DNA of 64,000 nt, taken from NCBI GenBank assembly GCA_036172245.1, contig JAYWIR010000132.1, forward strand, positions 1-64,000, given 5' to 3'. Under the pieces are notes generated by a model, which was given only the letters and a program-made list of their open reading frames with translations, was not told the origin of the DNA and searched no databases. This DNA comes from Raillietiella orientalis (Eukaryota). Every line of letters starts with the position of its first letter. Positions within the stretch are counted from its first letter, which is position 1. Positions 52,450-64,000 of this stretch are shown piece by piece. Position numbers and translations under genes: made by a program.

Positions 52450-53123
52450 TTAGTATTTGCCTTTCCGCAGCTTCTTCTGGCGGGTAGACCTTTCTCTCCT
52501 TACCACCGTCGAAGCTGGCTTCTCACTTCCGGCATCGCTCTCTGTGCCGGTGTGATCTGTGGTGTCAATGTCCTGTTCGCTGGAGCGCTCGAGCTTGGCG
52601 ACTGTTTTGCGCGAAAGGTTCTCCAGGGAGACCTTGGCGCAGTAGTTCGCCTTTACGATGCAGAGCTTGTTCTCCAGCCTGCCGCGCTCTTCCGGATCTA
52701 TGAGGGCGTTGATTCCCTCCTGAGTTTCCCCAACGCGTGTCAGGAGCTTCGCCTGCTGCACTTGGTTCACCTCCGCCTGTACCTCGTCCGCCAGCTTCAC
52801 CACCTCCTCGGTGAGCTGCGCCGCCTCTTGCGATGCCGGGGTAGCTTCAGTGATTTCCATCACCTCAGCTTCGGGCACTCCCTTCTGCTCAACAACCTCC
52901 TGCTGTCTTTCCACTGCCACGCCAACCGCCTGCTCGCCAACCGCCTGCTCGCCAACCTCCTGCATCTCCTCGCCTACCTGCTTCTCGGCCTGTGCAGAGG
53001 AGGAGGATTCGGGCTCCCTCACAAGCATCCTCCTCTTGCCGCCCTTCCCCACTGTCGTAAAGCAGTCCTCAGAAACGGGAGCGGCCTCCTTCGCCTTCCT
53101 CTGCTTCAGTGCTCTCTGAGGCT
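52450..53123 (-). pseudogene. E1 ORF1 C-terminal fragment
   Basis: PQRALKQRKAKEAAPVSED...QKKLRKGKY, homologous to the E3 ORF1 tail. Confidence 0.88.
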
Positions 53124-53143
53124 CTCTGGTAGATTGCTCTCGC

Positions 53144-56100
53144 AGCGCGAGGCAATCTACCGTCATGGATAACCGCACCACCTTGCGATTTCCTGGTTTC
53201 AGAGGTGGATTAAGAAAAGTCCGACATTTGATTAGGGCGAACACTTTCCACTGCGTGTTGTTTTGATGGCAACCACTGTCGGAGTTAAAAAATGAATTTT
53301 TTAATTCGATCTGATTCACGGTATGGTATAAATTTACAACTAATTTCTGGTTTGTAATCAATTCGAAGTGAAAAAATTTCAGCTTTCGCTGTTGCGCTTT
53401 TTCACAAAGCATACGTTGAGAGCGCGAGGCAATCTACCGTCATGGATAACCGCACCACCTTGCGATTTCCTGGTTTCAGAGGTGGATTAAGAAAAGTCTG
53501 ACATTTCATTAGGGCGGGGCACTTTGCACTCCGTGTTGTTTTCATGGCAACCACTATTGGAATTAGAAAGTGAATTATTTAATTCGATCTGATTCATTTT
53601 ATGGCACAAATTTACATCTTTTGCTGGTTTGTAATCATTTCGAAGTACGGAGATTTAATCATTGAACTTTTGCGCTTCTTGGCGAAGCATCCGTTGGCAG
53701 CGCGAGGCAATCTACCGTCATGGATCACCACACTTTCTTGCGATTTCCTGTGTTTAGAGGTGGATGAAGAACAGTCCGACATTTCATTAGGGCGGGGCAC
53801 TTTGCACTCCTTGTTGTTTTCATGGCAACCACTATCGGAATTAGAAAGTGAATTATTTAATTCGATCTGATTCATTTTATGGTACAAATTTACATCTTTT
53901 GCTGGTTTGTAATCATTTCGAAGTACGGAGATTTAATCATTCAACTTTTGCGCTTCTTCGAGAAGCATCCGTTGGCAACGCGAGGCAATCTACCGTCATG
54001 GATCACCACACTTTCTTGCGATTTCCCGCGTTTGGAGGTGGATGAAGAACAGTCCGACATTTGATTAGGGCGGGGCATTTTGCACTCCGTGTTGTTTTCG
54101 TGGCAACCACTGTCGGAATTGAAAAGTGAATTATTTAGTTCGATCTGATTCATTTTATGGTACAAATTAACATCTTTTGCTGGTTTGTAATCAATTCCAA
54201 GTGAGGAGATTTCACCCTGCACTTTTGCACTTCTTCACGCAACAGACGTTGGCAGTCCGAGTCAATCTACCGTCATGGATAACCGCACCACCTTGCGATT
54301 TCCTGGTTTCCGAGGTGGATTAAGAAATGTCCGACATTTGATCAGGGTGGGACATTTTGCACACCGAGTTGTTTTGATGGCAACCACTGTCGGAGAGAAA
54401 AAGTGAATTTTTTAATTCGATCTGATTCACGGTATGGTATAAATTTATATCTTTTTGTGGTTTGTAAACAATTCGAAGTGAGGAAATTTCACCATGCGCT
54501 GTTGCGCTTTTTCACGAAGCATGCGTTGAGAGCGCGAGGCAATCTACCGTCATGGATAACCGCACCACCTTGCGATTTCCTGGTTTCAGAGGTGGATTAA
54601 GAAAAGTCCGACATTTCATTAGGGCGGGGCACTTTGCACTCCTTGTTGTTTTCATGGCAACCACTATCGGAATTAGAAAGTGAAGTATTTAATTCGATCT
54701 GATTCATTTTATGGTACAAATTTACATCTTTTGCTGGTTTGTAATCATTTCGAAGTACGGAGATTTAATCATTCAACTTTTGCGCTTCTTCGCGAAGCAT
54801 CCGTTGGCAGCGCGAGGCAATCTACCGTCATGGATCACCACACTTTCTTGCGATTTCCTGCGTTTGGAGGTGGATGAAGAACAGTCCCACATTTGATTAG
54901 GGCGGGGCATTTTGCACTCCGTGTTGTTTTCGTGGCAACCACTGTCGGAATTGAAAAGTGAATTATTTAGTTCGATCTGATTCATTTTATGTTACAAATT
55001 AACATCTTTTGCTGGTTTGTAATCAATTCCAAGTGAGGAGATTTCACCCTGCACTTTTGCACTTTTTCACGGAGCATACGTTGGCAGTGCGAGGCAATCT
55101 ACTGTCATGGATAACCGAACAACCTTCCGATTTCATGGTTTCAGAGGTGGATTAGGAAAACTCCGACATTTGATTGGGTTGGAACACTTTGAACTCCGTG
55201 TTGTTTTGATGGCAACCACTGTGGCAATTAAAAAGTGAATTATTTAATTCGATCTGATTCATTTTATGGTACAAATTTACATCTTTTGCTGGTTTGTAAT
55301 CAATTCGAAGTACAGAGATTTCACCATGCACTGTTGCGCTTTTTCAAGAAGCATCCGTTGCAGCGCGAGGCAATCTACCGTCATGGATAACCTAACAACC
55401 CTACAATTTCCTGGTTTCAAAGGTGGATTAACAAAAGTCCGACATTTGATTAGGGTGGGACACTTTGCACTCCGTGTTGTTTTGATAACAACCACTGTCG
55501 GAGATAAAAAGTGAATTTTCTAATTCGATCTGATTCATGGTATGGTATAAATTTACATCTTTTGCTGGTTTGTAATCAATTCGAAGTGAGGAGATTTCAC
55601 CATGCACTGTTGCGTTTTTTCACGAAGCATCCGTTGGCAGCGCGAGGAAATCTACCGGCACGGATCACCACACTATCTTGCGATTTCCTGCGTTTAGAGG
55701 TGGATGAAGAACAGTCCGACATTTCATTAGAGAGGGGAACTTTGCACGCCGTGTTTTTTTCATGGCAACCACTGTCGGATTTGAAATGCGAATTATTTAA
55801 TTCGATCTGATTCACGATATGGTATAGATTTACATCTTTTGTTGGTTTGTAATCAATTCGTAGTACGGAGATTCCACCATTGCACTTTTGCGCTTCTTCA
55901 CGAAGCATCCGTTGGCAGCGCGTGGAAATCTACCGGCATGGATCACCACACTACCTTGCGATTTCCTGCGTTTAGAGGTGGATTAAGAAAAGTCCGACAT
56001 TTGATTAGGGTGGGACACTTTGCACTCCGTGTTGTTTTGATGGCAACCACTGTCGGAGTTAAAAAGTGAATTTTTTAATTCGATCTGATTCACGGTATGG

Positions 56101-59100
56101 TATAAATTTACATTTTTTGCTGGTTTGTAATCAATTCGAAGTACGGAGATTTCACCATGCACTGTTGCACTTTTTCACGAAGCATCCGTTGGCAGCGCGA
56201 GGCAATCTACCGTCATGGATCACCGCACCATCATGCGATTTCCTGGTTTCAGAGGTGGATTAAGAAAAGTCCGACATTTCATTAGGGCGGTGCACTTTGT
56301 ACTCCGTGTTGTTTTCATGGCAACCACTGTCGGAGTTAAAAAGTGAATTTTTTAATTCGATCTGATTCACGGTATGGTATAAATTTACATCTTTTGCTGG
56401 TTTGTAATCAATTCGTAGTACGGAGATTTCACCATTGCACTTTTGCGCTTCTTCACGAAGCATCCGTTGGCAGCGCGTGGAAATCTACCGGCATGGATCA
56501 CCACACTACCTTGCGATTTCCTGCGTTTAGAGGTCGATGAAGAACAGTCCGACATTTCATTAGGGCGAGTCACTTTGCACTCCGTGTTATTGTCATGGCA
56601 ACCACTTTCGGAATTGAAAAGTGAATTATTTAATTCGATCTGATTCACGGTATGCTATAAATTTACATCTTTTGGTGGTTTGTAATCAATTCGTAGAAGG
56701 GAGATTCCACCATTGCACTTTTGCGCTTCTTCACGAAGCATCCGTTGGCAGCGCGTGGAAATCTACCGGCATGGATCACCACACTACCTTGCGATTTCCT
56801 GCGTTTAGAGGTGGATTAAGAAAAGTCCGACATTTGATTAGGGTGGGACACTTTGCACTCCGTGTTGTTTTCATAACAACCACTGTCGGAGTTAAAAAGT
56901 GAATTTTTTAATTCGATCTGATTCATGGTATGGTATAAATTTACATCTTTTGCTGGTTTGTAATCAATTCGAAGTGAGGAGATTTCACCATGCACTGTTG
57001 CGCTTTTTCAAGAAGCATCCGTTGCAGCGCGAGGCAATCTACCGTCATGGATAACCTAACAACCTTCCGATTTCCTGGTTTCAAAGGTGGATTAAGAAAA
57101 GTCCTACATTTGATTAGGGTGGGACACTTTGCACTCCGTGTTGTTTTGATAACAACCACTGTCGGAGTTAAAAAGTGAATTTTTTAATTCGATCTGATTC
57201 ATGGTATGGTATAAATTTACATCTTTTGCTGGTTTGTAATCAATTCGAAGTGAGGAGATTTCACCATGCACTGTTGCGCTTTTTCAAGAAGCATCCGTTG
57301 CAGCGCGAGGCAATCTACCGTCATGGATAACCGCACAACCTTCCGATTTCCTGGTTTCAAAGGTGGATTAACAAAAGTCCGACATTTGATTAGGGTGGGA
57401 CACTTTGCACTCCGTGTTGTTTTGATAACAACCACTGTCGGAGTTAAAAAGTGAATTTTTTAATTCGATCTGATTCATGGTATGGTATAAATTTCCATCT
57501 TTTGCTGGTTTGTAATCAATTCGAAGTGAGGAGATTTCAACATGCACTGTTGCGCTTTTTCACGCAGCATCCGTTGGCAGCGCGAGGCAATCTACCGTAA
57601 TGGATAACCACACCATCATGCGATTTCCTGGTTTCAGAGGTGGATTAAGAAATGTCCGACATTTGATTAGGGTGGGACACTTTGCACTCCGAGTTGTTTT
57701 GATGGCAACCACTGTCGGAGTTAAAAAGTGAATTTTTTAATTCGATCTGATTCACGGTATGGTATAAATTTACATCTTTTGCTGGTTTGTAATCAATTCG
57801 AAGTGAGGAAATTTCACCATGCACTGTTGCGTTTTTTCACGAAGCATCCGTTGGCAGCGCGAGGAAATCTACCGGCACGGATCACCACACTATCTTGCGA
57901 TTTCCTGCGTTTAGAGGTGGATGAAGAACAGTCCGACATTTCATTAGGGAGGGGAACTTTGCACGCCGTGTTTTTTTCATGGCAACCACTGTCGGATTTG
58001 AAATGCGAATTATTTAATTCGATCTGATTCACCATATGGTATAGATTGACATCTTTTGTTGGTTTGTAATCAATTCGTAGTACGGAGATTCCACCATTGC
58101 ACTTTTGCGCTTCTTCACGAAGCATCCGTTGGCAGCGCGTGGAAATCTACCGGCATGGATCACCACACTACCTTGCGATTTGCTGCGTTTAGAGGTGGAT
58201 TAAGAAAAGTCCGACATTTGATTAGGGTGGGACACTTTGCACTCCGTGTTGTTTTGATAACAACCACTGTCGGAGTTAAAAAGTGAATTTTTTAATTCGA
58301 TCTGATTCATGGTATGGTGTAAATTTACATCTTTTGCTTTTTTGTAATCAATTCGAAGTGAGGAGATTTCACCATGCACTGTTGCTCTTTTTCAAGAAGC
58401 ATCCGTTGCAGCGCGAGGCAATCTACCGTCATGGATAACCTAACAACCTTCCGATTTCCTGGTTTCAAAGGTGGATTAAGAAAAGTCCTACATTTGATTA
58501 GGGTGGGACACTTTGCACTCCGTGTTGTTTTGATAACAACCACTGTCGGAGTTAAAAAGTGAATTTTTTCATTCGATCTTATTCACGGTATGGTATAAAT
58601 TTACATCTTTTGCTGGTTTGTAATCAATTCGAAGTGAGGAAGTTTCACCATGCGCTTTTGCGCTTTTTCACGAAGCATACGTTGGGAGCGCGAGGCAATC
58701 TACCGTCATGGATAACCGCACCACCTTGCGATTTCCTGCGTTTAGAGGTGTATTAAGAAAAGTCCGGCATTTCATTAGGGCGGGTAACCTTGCACTCCGT
58801 GTTGTTTTCATGACAACCACTGTCGGAATTAAAAAGTGAATTATTTAGTTCGATCTGATTCATTTTATGGTACAAATTTACATCTTTTGCTGGTTTGTAA
58901 TCAATTCCAAGTGAGGAGATTTCACCCTGCACTGTTGCACTTTTTCACGCAGCAGACGTTGGCAGCCTGCGTCAATCTACCGTCATGGATAACCGCACCA
59001 CCTTGCGATTACCTGGTTTCCGAGGTGGATTAAGAAATGTCCGACATTTGATTAGGGTGGGACACTTTGCACTCCGAGTTGTTTTGAAGGCAACCACTGT

Positions 59101-62100
59101 CGGAGTTAAAAAGTGAATTTTTTAATTCGATCTGATTCACGGTATGGTATAAATTTACATCTTTTGCTGGTTTGTAATCAATTCGAAGTGAGGAAATTTC
59201 ACCATGCGCTGTTGCGCTTTTTCACGAAGCATACGTTGGGAGCGCGAGGCAATCTACCGTCATGGATAACCGCACCACCTTGCGATTTCCTGGTTTCACA
59301 GGTGGATTAAGAAAAGTTCGACATTTGATTAGGATGGGAAACTTTGCACTCCGAGTTGTTTTGATGGCAACAACTGTCGGAGTTAAAAAGTGAATTTTTT
59401 TATTCGATCTGATTCACGGTATGGTATAAATTTACATCTTTTTGTGGTTTGTATTCAATTCGAAGTGAGGAAATTTCACCATGCGCTGTTGCGCTATTTC
59501 ACGAAGCATACGTGGAGAGCGCGAGGCAATATACCGTCATGGATAACCGCACCACCTTGCGATTTCCTGGTTTCGGAGGTGGATTAAGAAAAGTCCGACA
59601 TTTCATTATGGCGCGACACTTTGCACTCCGTGTTGTTTTGACTGCAACCACTATCGGAATTAGAAAGTGAATTATTTAATTCGATCTGATTCATTTTATG
59701 GTACAAATCTACATCTTTTGCTGGTTTGTAATCATTTCGAAGTACGAAGATTTAATCATTGAACTTTTGCGCTTCTTGGCGAAGCATCCGTTGGCAGCGC
59801 GAGGCAATCTACCGTCATGGATCACCACACTTTCTTGCGATTTCCTGTGTTTAGAGGTGGATGAAGAACAGTCCGACATTTCATTAGGGCGGGGCACTTT
59901 GCACTCCTTGTTGTTTTCATGGCAACCACTATCGGAATTAGAAAGTGAATTATTTAATTCGATCTGATTCACGGTATGGTATAAATTTACATCTTTTTGT
60001 GGTTTGTAATCAATTCGAAGTGAGGAAGTTTCACCATGCGCTTTTGCGCTTTTTCACGAAGCATACGTTGGGAGCGCGAGGCAATCTACCGTCATGGATA
60101 ACCGCACCACCTTGCGATTTCCTGCGTTTAGAGCTGGATTAAGAAAAGTCCGGCATTTCATTAGGGCGGGTAACTTTGCACTCCGTGTTGTTTTCATGAC
60201 AACCACTGTCGGAATTAAAAAGTGAATTATTTAGTTCGATCTCATTCATTTTATGGTACAAATTTACATCTTTTGCTGGTTTGTAATCAATTCCAAGTGA
60301 GGAGATTTCACCCTGCACTGTTGCACTTTTTCACGCAGCAGACGTTTTCAACCCGCGTCAATCTACCGTCATGGATAACCGCACCACCTTGCGATTTCCT
60401 GGTTTCCGAGGTGGATTAAGAAATGTCCGACATTTGATTAGGGTGGGACACTTTGCACTCCGAGTTGTTTTGATGGCCACCACTGTCGGAGTTAAAAAGT
60501 GAATTTTTTTATTCGATCTGATTCACGGTATGGTATAAATTTACATCTTTTTGTGGTTTGTATTCAATTCGAAGTGAGGAAATTTCACCATGCGCTGGTG
60601 CGCTATTTCACGAAGCATACGTGGAGAGCGCGAGGCAATGTACCGTCATGGATAACCGCACCACCTTGCGATTTCCTGGTTTCAGAGGTGGATTAAGAAA
60701 TGTCCGACATTTGATTAGGGTGGGACACTTTGCACTCCGTGTTGTTTTGATAACAACCACTGTCGGAGTTAAAAAGTGAATTTTTTAATTCGATCTGATT
60801 AATGGTATGGTATAAATTTACATCTTTTGCTTTTTTGTAATCAATTCGAAGTGAGGAAATTTCAACATGCACTGTTGCGCTTTTTCACGCAGCATCCGTT
60901 GGCAGCGCGAGGCAATCTACCGTAATGGATAACCACACCATCATGCGATTTCCTGGTTTCAGAGGTGGATTAAGAAATGTCCGACATTTGATTAGGGTGG
61001 GACACTTTGCACTCCGAGTTGTTTTGATGGCAACCACTGTCGGAGTTAAAAAGTGAATTTTTTAATTCGATCTGATTCACGGTATGGTATAAATTTACAT
61101 CTTTTGCTGGTTTGTAATCAATTCGAAGTGAGGAAATTTCACCATGCACTGTTGCGTTTTTTCACGAAGCATCCGTTGGCAGCGCGAGGAAATCTACCGG
61201 CACGGATCACCACACTATCTTCCGATTTCCTGCGTTTAGAGGTGGATGAAGAACAGTCCCACATTTCATTAGGGAGGGGAACTTTGCACGCCGTGTTTTT
61301 TTCATGGCAACCACTGTCGGATTTGAAATGCGAATTATTTAATTCGATCTGATTCACGATATGGTATAGATTGACATCTTTTGTTGGTTTGTAATCAATT
61401 CGTAGTACGGAGATTCCACCATTGCACTTTTGCGCTTCTTCACGAAGCATCCGTTGGCAGCGCGTGGAAATCTACCGGCATGGATCACCACACTACCTTG
61501 CGATTTGCTGCGTTTAGAGGTGGATTAAGAAAAGTCCGACATTTGATTAGGGTGGGACACTTTGCACTCCGTGTTGTTTTGATAACAACCACTGTCGGAG
61601 TTAAAAAGTGAATTTTTTAATTCGATCTGATTCATGGTATGGTATAAATTTACATCTTTTGCTGGTTTGTAATCAATTCGAAGTGAGGAGATTTCACCAT
61701 GCACTGTTGCTCTTTTTCAAGAAGCATCCGTTGCAGCGCGAGGCAATCTACCGTCATGGATAACCTAACAACCTTCCGATTTCCTGGTTTCAAAGGTGGA
61801 TTAAGAAAAGTCCTACATTTGATTAGGGTGGGACACTTTGCACTCCGTGTTGTTTTGATAACAACCACTGTCGGAGTTAAAAAGTGAATTTTTTAATTCG
61901 ATCTGATTCACGGTATGGTATAAATTTACATCTTTTGCTGGTTTGTAATCAATTCGAAGTGAGGAGATTTCACCATGCACTGTTGCGCTTTTTCACGAAA
62001 CATACGTTGGCAGCGCGAGGCAATGTACCGTCATGGATAACCGCACCACCTTGCGATTTCCTGCGTTTAGAGGTGGATTAAGAAAAGTCCGGCAATTTAT

Positions 62101-64000
62101 TAGGGCGGGTAACTTTGCACTCCGTGTTGTTTTCATGACAACCACTGTCGGAATTAGAAAGTGAATTATTTAGTTCGATCTGATTCATTTTATGGTACAA
62201 ATTTACATCTTTTGCTGGTTTGCAATCAATTCCAAGTGAGGAGATTTCACCTTGAACTGTTGCACTTTTTCACGCAGCAGACGTTGGCATCCCGAGTCAA
62301 TCTACCGTCATGGATAACCGCACCACCTTGCGATTTCCTGGATTCCAAGGTGCATTAAGAAATGTCCGACATTTGATTAGGGTGGGACACTTTGCAGTCC
62401 GAGTTGTTTTGATGGCAACCACTGTCGGAGTTAAAAAGTGAATTTTTTCATTCGATCTTATTCACGGTATGGTATAAATTTACATCTTTTGCTGGTTTGT
62501 AATCAATTCGAAGTGAGAAAATTTCACCATGCGCTTTTGCGCTTTTTCACGAAGCATACGTTGGGAGCGCGAGGCAATCTACCGTCATGGATAACCGCAC
62601 CACCTTGCGATTTTCTGCGTTTAGAGGTGGATTAAGAAAACTCCGGCATTTCATTAGGGCGGGTAACTTTGCACTCCGTGTTGTTTTCATGACAACCACT
62701 GTCGGAATTAAAAAGTTAATTATTTAGTTCGATCTGATTCATTTTATGGTACAAATTTACATCTTTTTGTGGTTTGTATTCAATTCGAAGTGAGGAAATT
62801 TCACCATGCGCTGTTGCGCTATTTCACGAAGCATACGTGGAGAGCGCGAGGCAATGTACCGTCATGGATAACCGCACCACCTTGCGATTTCCTGGTTTCG
62901 GAGGTGGATTAACAAAAGTCCGACATTTGATTATGGTGCGACACTTTGCACTCCGTGTTGATTTGACTGCAGCCACTATCGGAATTAGAAAGTGAATTAT
63001 TTAATTCGATCTGATTCATTTTATGGTACAAATTTACATCTTTTTGTGGTTTGTATTCAATTCGAAGTGAGGAAATTTCACCATGCGCTGTTGCGCTATT
63101 TCACGAAGCATACGTGGAGAGCGCGAGGCAATGTACTGTCATGGATAACCGAACAACCTTCCGATTTCATGGTTTGATAGGTGGATTAAGAAAAGTCCGA
63201 CATTTGATTGGGGTGGAACACTTTGCACTCCGTGTTCTTTTCATGACAACCACTGTCGGAATTAGAAAGTGAATTATTTAGTTCGATCTGATTCATTTTA
63301 TGGTACAAATTTACATCTTTTCCTGGTTTGTAATCAATTCGAAGTGAGGAGATTTCACCATGCACTGTTGCGCTTTTTCGCGAAGCATACGTTGGCAGTG
63401 CGAGGCAATCTACTGTCATGGATAACCGAACAACCTTCCGATTTCATGGTTTGAGAGGTGGATTAAGAAAAGTCCGACATTTGATTGTGGTGCGACACTT
63501 CGCATTCCGAGTTGTTTTGATGGCAACCACTGTAGGAGTTAAAAAGTGAATTTTTTAATTCGATCTGATGCACGGTATGGTGTAAATTTACATCTTTTGC
63601 TGGTTTGTAATCAATTCGAAGTGAGGAAATTTCACCATGCGCTGTTGCGCTTTTTCACGAAGCATACGTTGGGAGCGCGAGGCAATCTACCGTCATGGAT
63701 CACCGCACCACCTTGCGATTTGCTCTTCTCCGAGGTGTATTAAAAAAAGTCCGACATTTCATTTGAGCGGGGCACCTTCTCCTCTGTGTTGTATTCATGG
63801 AAACCAGGGAAGAAATGAGAAAGGGAATTTTTTAATTCCATCTGATTTATTGTATGTTACAAATTTACATCTTTTGCTGGTTGGTAATCAATTCGTAGTA
63901 CGGAGATTTCACCATTGCACTGTTGCGCTTTTTCACGAAGCATCCGTTGGCAGCGCGAGGCAATCTACCGTCATGGATAACCGCACCACCTTGCGATTTC
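53144..64000 (+). repeat. Second forward 277-bp satellite array (~39 copies, 276/278-bp variants), open at the right edge
   Basis: Same monomer with a different variant mix (GGAGTTAAAAAGTGAATTTTTT, CATTTTATGG). The marker GAGGGGAACTTTGCACG recurs at ~55733, 57950 and 61275 (2217 and 3325 bp; 8-mer and 12-mer). Confidence 0.98.

Larger units (their letters stand above)
49147..53123 (-). mobile_element. Tx1/L1-clade LINE copy E1 (family B), 5'-truncated within ORF1, internal ~360-bp deletion
   Basis: Closely matches E3 37768-~42074. Deletion junction CCTAAGCGGTT|GTCTCGTCC near 51325; AATAAA at 49150-49155. Confidence 0.93.

Noticed and set aside
33707..53172. Long plus-strand ORFs opposite the LINE ORFs (e.g. 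34551-35549, 40117-41037, 45645-46568)
   Set aside because: Antisense shadows of GC-rich coding sequence, with no independent motifs.
52450..53412. 320-aa satellite-ORF1 fusion ORF
   Set aside because: Chance open frame across a rearrangement junction; the N-terminus is translated satellite.

Overview
Eukaryotic, probably metazoan, heterochromatin-like window with no intact protein-coding gene. (1) 1-19029: about 69 copies of a ~277-bp satellite with higher-order repeats. (2) 19030-25668: about 24 more diverged copies of the same satellite, inverted. (3) 25669-31733: AT-rich unique island with a decayed hAT (Buster/Charlie-type) transposon and several perfect palindromes. (4) 31734-53123: five head-to-tail, minus-strand L1/Tx1-clade non-LTR retrotransposons from two alternating families (ORF1 with 3 CCHC knuckles; ORF2 APE endonuclease + RT), all disrupted. 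(5) 53128-64000: about 39 more satellite copies. Main finding: all three intact element-element junctions carry a near-identical ~130-nt U4 snRNA-like sequence. It keeps the k-turn, U6 stem I strand, central hairpin, Sm site and terminal hairpin, but lacks the canonical U4 5' end. This suggests a U4-headed, possibly U4-targeting and self-targeting Tx1 lineage. Family and RNA assignments come from motif recognition by eye, not database searches. The short ORFs in the satellite arrays are artefacts.
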